Assembly (NCBI GenBank): GCA_964473825.1
Contig: CAYYQL010000029.1
Location: forward strand, 1 to 33,104
Length of the DNA stretch: 33,104 nt
Reading direction: 5' to 3'
Source: an uncultured archaeon
GTDB lineage: Archaea; Asgardarchaeota; Thorarchaeia; Thorarchaeales; Thorarchaeaceae
Shown: one piece after another, positions 8,361 through 16,062 of the stretch
Layout: each line of letters starts with the position of its first letter
How positions within the stretch are numbered: position 1 is the first letter of the stretch
Translations under genes and position numbers: made by a program
Notes under the pieces: model-generated
Told to the model about the DNA's origin: nothing
The model's database searches: none
The model's input: the letters and a program-made list of their open reading frames with translations, nothing else

Positions 8361-8660
8361 ATGAAGACACGCAGGGAGAGAATAATCGAGCTCTTGGAGA
8401 GAACCGAGCATCCCATGACTGTACAGGATCTTGCTGAATGGTTGGATATTAGGAATAGGTCCACGCTCTACGAAGACTTAGAACATGTGGCTAAATCGGT
8501 ACGAGCACAGGGGAAACAGCTGTTGATGCGTCCAGCCAGCTGTGGCAAATGCGGGTACATATTCAAGCATAGAAACACACCGAAGAAACCCACAAAATGC
8601 CCGGAGTGCCGCTCGGAGTGGATTCTACTCCCAGCCTATATCATCCGGGACAAAGAGTGA
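8361..8660 (+). CDS. Transcriptional regulator, HTH fused to Zn-ribbon (COG3357-like)
   Basis: TRRERII.LL...YEDL.HVAKS....G..L.M.PA.C.KCGY.F.....KP.KCP.C.SEWI pattern. Confidence 0.88.
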   Translation: MKTRRERIIELLERTEHPMTVQDLAEWLDIRNRSTLYEDLEHVAKSVRAQGKQLLMRPASCGKCGYIFKHRNTPKKPTKCPECRSEWILLPAYIIRDKE

Positions 8661-8661
8661 C

Positions 8662-8970
8662 TCAGTCGTCGAATCGTATTGTTCGCTGTATCCCTGACCC
8701 CTTGTGTTTGACGTTAGTCACGCGCGTCACATAGTAATCCGAGAGTCCTCTTTCAGCCTCCTCGACGTAGCCATGGATAATGACCTTCATCCCGACACGC
8801 GGAAGGAAGTTGCATCTCTTCATGGTATTGGAAGAGATTCGCACAGAGTAGGTCTTCTTACTCTCTTCGTCCTGAACAACCATCGTTGTTGAACCGTACC
8901 ATCTTTGGGCACTGATTCTCGTGGTAGTGCTCTTTCCTACCTCTCGTATAACCCCTTCAATGACTGTCAT
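8662..8970 (-). CDS. Small OB-fold protein
   Basis: IEG.I.EV...VVQDE....Y.V....PRVGMKV.I.G.V is a typical OB strand pattern. Its start overlaps the EndoQ stop (ATGA). Confidence 0.7.
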   Translation of the reverse strand: MTVIEGVIREVGKSTTTRISAQRWYGSTTMVVQDEESKKTYSVRISSNTMKRCNFLPRVGMKVIIHGYVEEAERGLSDYYVTRVTNVKHKGSGIQRTIRFDD

Positions 8971-10244
8971 TCTTCATCCAATCCCGGAATCCTCACAACT
9001 TGGCCGTACCTTCCGCCGCCACCCGGTCTATACTCAACTTCCCCGCGGCGATATGCATCGACCATTCTCCCGACTCGAGGGTATAGACCAGAGATCTTCC
9101 CACAGTCAACCTCGGTAAGGATGGACGTCTCCGTACCCAGATTGGCCACTAATCGATCATAGGCATCTCTTACCGTCTTCGAAGATCTACTCTTCATACC
9201 AAATGCAACGGCAATAAGCTCTTGCAACGGAGGCATATGGATGTAAGGCGGCCGATTCTCGGGCGAATGGTGTTTGGCACTTCCAATCATCAATGCACGG
9301 TCTCGCACTCCGAGCCGCAGGTTCTTCCCGCATGCAGGGCACTTCACTTTCCGAGCATGGATGTCTGCCAGCAGCCGGTCTACTTCGTCAGCAGTGTCGA
9401 CGTAAAAGTAGATATTCAGGTCATCAAGAGAAGGCGGGCCATCACCCTCATCGAGAATCAGTGTTCTTCTACAACCTGAGCAAAAAGACAAGAAGTACTT
9501 GCCGAGCCGTGGATCAAATCCAACGTTCAAGGTGGGCCTCCGACCACCTTTCTTGATTATGGCAAAGCGCAGCTCGTGAAAACTTGGAGCCTCCATGCTG
9601 AAGCGAACATACTCTCTGCCGAGCTTGAGTGGAGTGGGAGAGTGTGCATCACTACAAGTAAGGAAAGTTAGGTGATGAAGCTCGCCAATATAATCGCCAA
9701 TTGAAGAATCAGCAGAGAGACCGAGCTCGAGGAAGTGTATGTTCTTGGCCTGTGACCTGTAACAGTCAGCCAGTGACTCGTATCTTCCCTCCCTGAAAAT
9801 CGACCTGTAGGGCGTGAAGGCGTGAGCTGGACCTATAAGCCCTCCCAAATCCTGAACCACTTCGGCAAGGCTCTCAGCATCCATGTCAACTCTGGGGCGT
9901 CCTGCCCACTTACCATCAATGTCGGATGTGTGTCCTCGAAGAGATTCTCTTAGGTCTTCTGCAGAACTGATGTCTGGTAGGAGGATTAGATGATGGATTG
10001 ACTCACAATCTTCAATCTCCGTTGTGATGATGAAATTGATTCCCTTGTGAATGTAGCATTCCGAAACCCTTTCTAGATTCGCAGATAGATGGCCCAACCA
10101 GTCTGGCTGAGTTGCATCGCCGGTGCCGAGAATATCAAGCCCCTTCATTCTAGCACCTTTTGTAAGTTCAGGAATGGTCATTCTAGGACTCACGCCGATA
10201 GAGTATGGAGAATGTAGATGAAGGTCGGCGTTAAAGGAATCCAT
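8967..10244 (-). CDS. endoQ: Endonuclease Q (PHP-domain DNA repair endonuclease, TIGR00375-like)
   Basis: ADLHLHSPYS, GTGD, IHHLI.LP, GPAHAFTP, ELGLSAD, SDAHS...LGRE, DPRLGKY, two CxxC pairs, GVRDR and PGGGGRYG motifs. Confidence 0.9.
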   Translation of the reverse strand: MDSFNADLHLHSPYSIGVSPRMTIPELTKGARMKGLDILGTGDATQPDWLGHLSANLERVSECYIHKGINFIITTEIEDCESIHHLILLPDISSAEDLRESLRGHTSDIDGKWAGRPRVDMDAESLAEVVQDLGGLIGPAHAFTPYRSIFREGRYESLADCYRSQAKNIHFLELGLSADSSIGDYIGELHHLTFLTCSDAHSPTPLKLGREYVRFSMEAPSFHELRFAIIKKGGRRPTLNVGFDPRLGKYFLSFCSGCRRTLILDEGDGPPSLDDLNIYFYVDTADEVDRLLADIHARKVKCPACGKNLRLGVRDRALMIGSAKHHSPENRPPYIHMPPLQELIAVAFGMKSRSSKTVRDAYDRLVANLGTETSILTEVDCGKISGLYPRVGRMVDAYRRGEVEYRPGGGGRYGQVVRIPGLDEE

Positions 10245-10254
10245 TAATTAGACC

Positions 10255-11244
10255 TCAGATATTGATGATTACTTTCGAAACATTTTCCTGTGATGCGTAT
10301 TCGTACGCTTTTGCACCTTGCTCAAGTTGAAACTCTCTGCTGATAAGCCGCTTTACTTCAATGCGTCCCTTTGCCAGCATGTCAATAGCTGCATCGAAAG
10401 GTCCACGGCTTGTGCCAATAATCTCTATCTCGCGGTTCACTACATCAGTGGTGTCGAGCGGGACATCCTTCCCGTGCATACTCTTCATAGCAATTGTCCC
10501 GTGGCTCCTTACAACAGAAAGAGCCATGTCCAAACCCTCAGGAGAGCCTGTGGCCTCAACGACAACACAAGGTCCAACATTCTTAGTCTTCTTCAGAATC
10601 TCCTCCCGCCAAGCGGTTCTGCTCATGTTGATTGTGTTCAGCAGGCCTAGTTGCCGAGCCAACCCCAGCTGAAACTTGTTGCGGCCGATGAGGTGTACCT
10701 CAGCCCCAAATGCATCATAGACTTGAGCCACAAGGATGCCAATCTTCCCTGTGCCGAGAACTGCCATCGGCTCGCCATCTCTCACAGGACTTCTGTTCCA
10801 TGTTTCAATGGCTGATGCCAAGGGTTCCACAAATGTTGCAGTTGTGGTATCAACATCTTCAGGCAGGATGTGAACCAAGTCGACAGGAACGCTTACAAAC
10901 TCCGAAAGACCGCCATCTACAGTCATGCCAAGGGTTTGTCGTTCGAGGCAGAGGTGCTTCATGTTCCGTTTGCAATACCAGCATCGTCCACAGCTGAGGT
11001 CAATCTCGGTGGTGACAGGTGTTCCCGGAGACAGGTCGGGCGTACTGCTTTCGTGAACTACACCACCTATCTCATGACCCAGAACCAGGGGCAGTGGTGC
11101 ATCGAGATCACCATTCCACACAGAGATGTCAGTATTGCATATTCCCACAGAACGAATCTCTATCCTGACCTCACCGGGCATCACCGGGGGGATTGGGGTG
11201 TCAGCGAGCTGCAGACCATCATTTGTTAGTACAAGCGACTTCAT
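10255..11244 (-). CDS. Zinc-dependent medium-chain alcohol dehydrogenase (MDR)
   Basis: GICNTD, LGHE..G.V, structural Zn site C..C..C.......C, EPLA and Rossmann G.GKIG motifs. Confidence 0.95.
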   Translation of the reverse strand: MKSLVLTNDGLQLADTPIPPVMPGEVRIEIRSVGICNTDISVWNGDLDAPLPLVLGHEIGGVVHESSTPDLSPGTPVTTEIDLSCGRCWYCKRNMKHLCLERQTLGMTVDGGLSEFVSVPVDLVHILPEDVDTTTATFVEPLASAIETWNRSPVRDGEPMAVLGTGKIGILVAQVYDAFGAEVHLIGRNKFQLGLARQLGLLNTINMSRTAWREEILKKTKNVGPCVVVEATGSPEGLDMALSVVRSHGTIAMKSMHGKDVPLDTTDVVNREIEIIGTSRGPFDAAIDMLAKGRIEVKRLISREFQLEQGAKAYEYASQENVSKVIINI

Positions 11245-11537
11245 TGAATCATCCTTCGTTCGTAGTTGAATAGATGTGAACGCGAGTGCAACAGCTCAAC
11301 AGCTAGACTGACATCCTCCCCATGTCGCAATGCCCCCGCGGCATTAACAATGGAGGACCTATAGCGGCATGATTCGGAATCTTCGGCATGACAATCCAGC
11401 AATGCTCTCTTTCTAAGCAACAAGCTCTAGCCCTCACGGTTCCAATATTAAAGCTGCGGATGCAATAAGAGCTTCGATTTGTACGGAAGATGTAACCGAC
11501 GGGTTCATCTTGGAGTCAACCATGTTATGGGACAGGA

Positions 11538-12608
11538 TTGAGCACATTGGTCAAGATTAGCATTGAGTTGGTGCCTGATGAATCAATAGAACATCTAGTG
11601 GACTACTCAGTTGCCGCCGAAGAAGCGGGATTTGATTTCATATGGGTCACCGACCACTACAACAACAGGAACCTATGGTGTACTCTGACAGCAATCGCGT
11701 TCGCAACAAAGAGAGTAATGATGGGCCCCGGAGTGACGAACCCCTATCATACTAGTCCAGCTCTATCGGCTGCCGCTGCTGTCACTTTGAATGAGATCAG
11801 TGAGGGCAGAGCTGTAATAGGCCTGGGGGCAGGAGACAAAGTCACACTTGAGGCCCTAGGAATTGAACGAGAGAAACCTGTTTCGACCGTGGTCGAGAGT
11901 ATCCAGTGTGTTAAGGCTTTGACACAAGGCAAGAGGGTGAGCATGGATGGTCGTGCCATCAGATTTCAAGGGGCAAAGCTCTCGATGGTAGAGAGAGAAC
12001 CATTGCGTGACGGCCAGGGGAATCCCGTGTTCAAGGATGGCAAGAGAGTCAGAATTGGACCCAAGATTCCCGTCTATGCTGGGGTTCAAGGCCCGTTGAT
12101 GATCCAAGAAACTGCTGCCGTAGCGGATGGCCTGTTAATCAACGCGAGTCACCCGCTTGACTTTGAAGTAGCAATGAACATCATTCGTAAGGGTGCAACG
12201 AAGGCAGGAAGAGATATCAAAGAACTCGACATCGGAGCATATACAGCTTGTAGCATTGCGAAATCACGAGGTGAAGCCATGAGCGGTGCAACGAAGATCA
12301 TCGTGGCCTATATCGTTGCGGGAGCACCTGAAGCAGTTCTTATTCGTCACGATCTCAATCTTAAGAAGTGTCAAGACATAAAGAGAGCACTAAGGAGAGG
12401 TAGACACAGGCTGGCACACGAAAAGGTCTCAGATAGGATGGTTGAGGCTTTTGCCATCGTAGGGAACCCTGAGTATTGCATCCAATGTATGGAGGAGCTA
12501 AGGAAGACGGGGGTGACACATTTTGTCGCAGGTTCTCCTCTTGGCCCAGACAAGATAAATGCAATCAAGATGATTGGTCAACACGTAATTCCTCACTTCC
12601 GGCAGTGA
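11538..12608 (+). CDS. mer: F420-dependent 5,10-methylene-H4MPT reductase (luciferase-like LLM family)
   Basis: WVTDHYNNRN, GPGVTNPY, GRA..GLG.GD, IPVY.G.QGP, ADG.LINAS.P.D and GSPLGPD are Mer-specific motifs. Confidence 0.9.
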   Translation: MSTLVKISIELVPDESIEHLVDYSVAAEEAGFDFIWVTDHYNNRNLWCTLTAIAFATKRVMMGPGVTNPYHTSPALSAAAAVTLNEISEGRAVIGLGAGDKVTLEALGIEREKPVSTVVESIQCVKALTQGKRVSMDGRAIRFQGAKLSMVEREPLRDGQGNPVFKDGKRVRIGPKIPVYAGVQGPLMIQETAAVADGLLINASHPLDFEVAMNIIRKGATKAGRDIKELDIGAYTACSIAKSRGEAMSGATKIIVAYIVAGAPEAVLIRHDLNLKKCQDIKRALRRGRHRLAHEKVSDRMVEAFAIVGNPEYCIQCMEELRKTGVTHFVAGSPLGPDKINAIKMIGQHVIPHFRQ

Positions 12609-12623
12609 GCGGGAGGACGCTCC

Positions 12624-13517
12624 ATGAAAAAAGGGGACACAGTCTTCATCAAGAGAATCGGCAGGTCGGATATTGATTCCTGGCTCGATATACCCGAGAT
12701 CCTTAACGACGGACAAATCACAACGGACAGGCAGTCCTTCAAGCATCTGCTGGATCTATCAGATGATATTCTGCTCTATATGACAGTTCTTGATCAAGAG
12801 CCAGTAGGCGGAACAGCATTGTTCAGAGACAGGAACAGATTGGGTCTGGCACTGATAAGCGTGCGTATGGCACAAGAACACGTGCAGAATCTCTTGGCAA
12901 GCACGATAAAGGCATCCTTACCATTCTTCAGAACAGCCGCAATCAGAGATGTAGACGCGGTCGTCAGCAACGAAACAGATCGGCTACTCCCATTCCCTGG
13001 GAACACATACCTCAGCCGAGAACTATATGGGGTACTGAGAGAGATTGGCTTTGAAGATATAGGTACCCTGTTCTCGGTCAAGTTTGAAAACAGCATAGGA
13101 CCAGACTGGGAGAAACAAGAAATCGAGAGAAGCGGGTTCACAGAGGATGTGAGGAGTTTTCTGTGGAAGCAGATGGACAAGACAATGATTGATTGCTCTC
13201 ACACCTGGTTAAGTGTTCTCCAGTTGGCTTCTACTGGTAGCCTGTTTGTGTATCGTTCAGGGGACGTGGCTGCAGTTCTTGGATTCGTGGAGCACGGGAA
13301 ACGGCTGGTTATCCCCGTTATCGGCTATGACTCTGATGTGGTAGAGCCCTCGACTCTTGCATCCGCCATCGTATACGAGGCGGCCGAGCGGAGGGTTCAG
13401 TGGATTGACATTCGACTCCTCGCAGAACACGACAGTCCAGTGATTGATACTCTGGAGAAGATGCTATCTGTTGATGCCCTTGTAACAAGGCATTGCTTGA
13501 TGAGAAAAGGATTGTAG
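12624..13517 (+). CDS. Hypothetical protein, possible tandem GNAT-like fold
   Basis: Long ORF co-oriented with mer. Segments such as LYMTVLDQEPVGG and L.EIGFE.IG resemble GNAT beta and motif-B regions. Confidence 0.6.
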   Translation: MKKGDTVFIKRIGRSDIDSWLDIPEILNDGQITTDRQSFKHLLDLSDDILLYMTVLDQEPVGGTALFRDRNRLGLALISVRMAQEHVQNLLASTIKASLPFFRTAAIRDVDAVVSNETDRLLPFPGNTYLSRELYGVLREIGFEDIGTLFSVKFENSIGPDWEKQEIERSGFTEDVRSFLWKQMDKTMIDCSHTWLSVLQLASTGSLFVYRSGDVAAVLGFVEHGKRLVIPVIGYDSDVVEPSTLASAIVYEAAERRVQWIDIRLLAEHDSPVIDTLEKMLSVDALVTRHCLMRKGL

Positions 13518-13584
13518 GAGTATCACAATCTGATGATTTCAGAAACCCTTTTCAGAGCCTCCAAAACCCCTAGCTTGAAACGTC

Positions 13585-14589
13585 TTGTCGGGTCTCAGAG
13601 TTGTCAAGGAAGGAACTGGTGTCTTCATAGAATATGGAGATGTCAGCCTAGGTCTTGACGTTGGACATCCCGATATCACTACACTCCTCTCACATGCGCA
13701 TTTTGACCATCTAGGTCGGATGAAGCTAGCTAGCGAGGTTATCACAACGCAGGGAACACTGGATGTGTTCAGAGCTCGAGGAGGACGTGTTAAGTGGAAG
13801 TACGCGGTGGGGCAATACGACAGGACAATGTTTCATGAAGAGACGTTGATCACTCCTATCGATGCTGGTCATGTGTTAGGGTCTGCAATGTTCCTGATCG
13901 AGTTCAATGATGGCATGAGACTTCTGTACACTGGTGATTTCAATAACGTAGACAGTATCGTCCATAGGGCAGCCTCAGCCGTAGATGCTGACGTCTTGGT
14001 AATGGAATCAACATACGGAACGCCAGAGTGGGTATTTCCGAAGAGAGAACAGACTCACTCTCAAGTGGTGGCCAAGGCAGAAGAAGTCCTGTCTGTGGGA
14101 AAGGTCCCTCTGTTCAAAGCTTACTCCTTGGGAAAGGCACAAGAAGCCATTGGACTGCTCCAGAGAGAGGGCTTTACAATCATGGCGGGGAATAGCGCGA
14201 TAGATTCTGTATCCATGGCATATAGAAGGCATGGATGTAAACTCGAATACATCCCCACGAATCGAGAAACAGTCCGAACATTGGTAGAGGAGGATGTTGT
14301 CATCATATCATCTTCGCCAGGCCATATGAGAAGACAACTTGTGAAATTATTAGGCAGCATGATAACGCGAGATCTTGAGAGCAGAATCGTGGAGTTCGAT
14401 CTCTCAGGATGGACATTGACTGAACAGGGACGACAAGGATTTCCTCTTAGTGCTCATGCAGATTTTCCTGGCCTCATTGATTTCGCCAAAGAGGTGGACC
14501 CGAAAATCGCATATTGCTTCACTACCAATGCCAGTTCACTCGCGAAGCATCTCACAGACGAGGGAATCAACGCAGTCCCCTTGGAGTGA
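13585..14589 (+). CDS. Metallo-beta-lactamase / beta-CASP family nuclease
   Basis: SHAHFDH, DAGHVLGS, YTGDF, MESTYG, YSLGKAQE, LSGW and SAHADF motifs. Confidence 0.9.
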   Translation: MSGLRVVKEGTGVFIEYGDVSLGLDVGHPDITTLLSHAHFDHLGRMKLASEVITTQGTLDVFRARGGRVKWKYAVGQYDRTMFHEETLITPIDAGHVLGSAMFLIEFNDGMRLLYTGDFNNVDSIVHRAASAVDADVLVMESTYGTPEWVFPKREQTHSQVVAKAEEVLSVGKVPLFKAYSLGKAQEAIGLLQREGFTIMAGNSAIDSVSMAYRRHGCKLEYIPTNRETVRTLVEEDVVIISSSPGHMRRQLVKLLGSMITRDLESRIVEFDLSGWTLTEQGRQGFPLSAHADFPGLIDFAKEVDPKIAYCFTTNASSLAKHLTDEGINAVPLE

Positions 14590-14594
14590 ACGAT

Positions 14595-15164
14595 ATGGTA
14601 GAATTCGAACTAGCAGATGTTGAACCGGTTCATGCAGAGTCCTTCTTTTCTGTTGCACGTTCAGGAGAGGTTCATGAAAGGCTCTATTTCGAATACCGCG
14701 ACTACGACGGCTACTACGCCGAACTACTTAGAGATAGCGAATCTTTCGGTGAGGAGATTGGGAAGCTCAGCACAAATCTTCAGTACTACCTTGACCAAGA
14801 AAGAGTTGAGTTCAATGGAGAGGAGGTCAAGTCCATCGTTCGTTACACGGACATCGTCATGAAGGGAGTCACCAACTTCGTGGCCGTTCTGTACCTGATC
14901 GACTTCGCTGGCAGATTTGCTCCCACAAAGAACATCATTGAGACGTGGCTCGAGCGAGAGACTGCCCCTTATGACTTCGAAATCATCTGGAGGTTCCCTG
15001 CAGGAACGAAAATCGAGAAGGTGGATACGGAACTTGAGTATGAGGTCTATGGCGATTTCATAGTCCTATGGGCTCTTGAGGGCGACGAAGTCGGAGGATA
15101 CGAGAAGATGGTCTTTGAGTTTCCTGAGAATGTTCTCGATACAAGAAGTATCGTGGGGGACTAA
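14595..15164 (+). CDS. Acidic hypothetical archaeal protein
   Basis: ATG at 14595 directly follows the MBL stop. NLQ.YLD.E.V..NG and E.APYDFE..W.FP.G segments look family-like. Confidence 0.7.
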   Translation: MVEFELADVEPVHAESFFSVARSGEVHERLYFEYRDYDGYYAELLRDSESFGEEIGKLSTNLQYYLDQERVEFNGEEVKSIVRYTDIVMKGVTNFVAVLYLIDFAGRFAPTKNIIETWLERETAPYDFEIIWRFPAGTKIEKVDTELEYEVYGDFIVLWALEGDEVGGYEKMVFEFPENVLDTRSIVGD

Positions 15165-15165
15165 C

Positions 15166-15417
15166 ATGCAGACTGTTGATCCACTCGCCATCATTGGAAT
15201 CCTCATCTTGGTAGTGGGACTCCTCCTCATAGTGTTAGGACTCTTTCTCAAGACACACGAAGCTGAAGGAAGCAACAAACAGGAAACCAAGAGCAGAGGC
15301 ATTATCCTGATAGGCCCAATCCCCATATTCTGGGGCTTCGGCTCCAAGGGTAGAGTCATCGCTATTCTGGCAATCGCTCTATTTCTCGTAGTCTGGCTGC
15401 TCCTATACTACTTGTAA
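15166..15417 (+). CDS. DUF131 / TIGR00304 family small membrane protein
   Basis: Signature G.ILIGPIPI.WG between two TM helices; ATG at 15166. Confidence 0.85.
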   Translation: MQTVDPLAIIGILILVVGLLLIVLGLFLKTHEAEGSNKQETKSRGIILIGPIPIFWGFGSKGRVIAILAIALFLVVWLLLYYL

Positions 15418-15668
15418 CTCCAGCCACATTCGGCACATATCATACCCTCAGGAATCAGACGAACAATCCGGCCATTGACAAGACACTCAGGACATATCAC
15501 AAATGGCTTTCCACAGACCAGACATTTCGCCTTCCGCCCCAAGTCACGGATACAAGTAACAGTTCCACATCCCTCACACCTGATGGAGTGGTCCATGCAA
15601 AACTCATTGCCACACTTATCGCACCGTATCTTGGGCTTCTCTCTGCACAACGCACAGGTTCTTCCCAT
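15408..15668 (-). CDS. Cys-rich multi-zinc-finger protein
   Basis: 86 aa with six CxxC pairs plus a CxxH (FCMDH, AN1-like). Confidence 0.75.
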   Translation of the reverse strand: MGRTCALCREKPKIRCDKCGNEFCMDHSIRCEGCGTVTCIRDLGRKAKCLVCGKPFVICPECLVNGRIVRLIPEGMICAECGWSYK

Positions 15669-15795
15669 CTTGCTCGCCCCTGTGAGTCAAATCCAGCTTG
15701 CGTGATACATAAACTTAGCCTTGAGCGAGTATTACAAGCAGATTACCAATCCTAATAGAGTGAATTAGCATCAAATAGTATGAGGATATGGAATC

Positions 15796-16062
15796 ATGAT
15801 ATTCAAATGCCGGAACTGTGGTAAGACCTCCAGCGACATTGACATGGTACTTGACGGTACCTGTGAATGCGGTTGTGCTCACTTCGAACTGACGTCAGAA
15901 AAACCCTTCATGACCGGAGAAGCAGTATCTCCGAAAGAAGCGCTACGCAGAGACCTTCACCTCTGGCTTGATTTGAATATCGACTCGATAGATGTCGAAA
16001 GCCTGCACAATATGAGAGTCCGATTAGAGTTCGATCAAGGGAATGCCGACCTGCAGGGCTAG
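15796..16062 (+). CDS. Zn-ribbon protein, OapC/ArvC (DUF2072)-like
   Basis: N-terminal C..CG......VL.G.C.CG...F resembles the OapC/COG3364 ribbon. Confidence 0.55.
   Translation: MIFKCRNCGKTSSDIDMVLDGTCECGCAHFELTSEKPFMTGEAVSPKEALRRDLHLWLDLNIDSIDVESLHNMRVRLEFDQGNADLQG

Noticed and set aside
8259-8411. N-terminal extension of the Nre ORF
   Set aside because: It overlaps the divergent HTH-Zn-ribbon gene and its promoter region; homology starts near the CxxC motif.
15669-15795. Replication origin next to the OapC-like gene
   Set aside because: The spacer is short, with no ORB repeats and no cdc6/orc1 or oapAB nearby.
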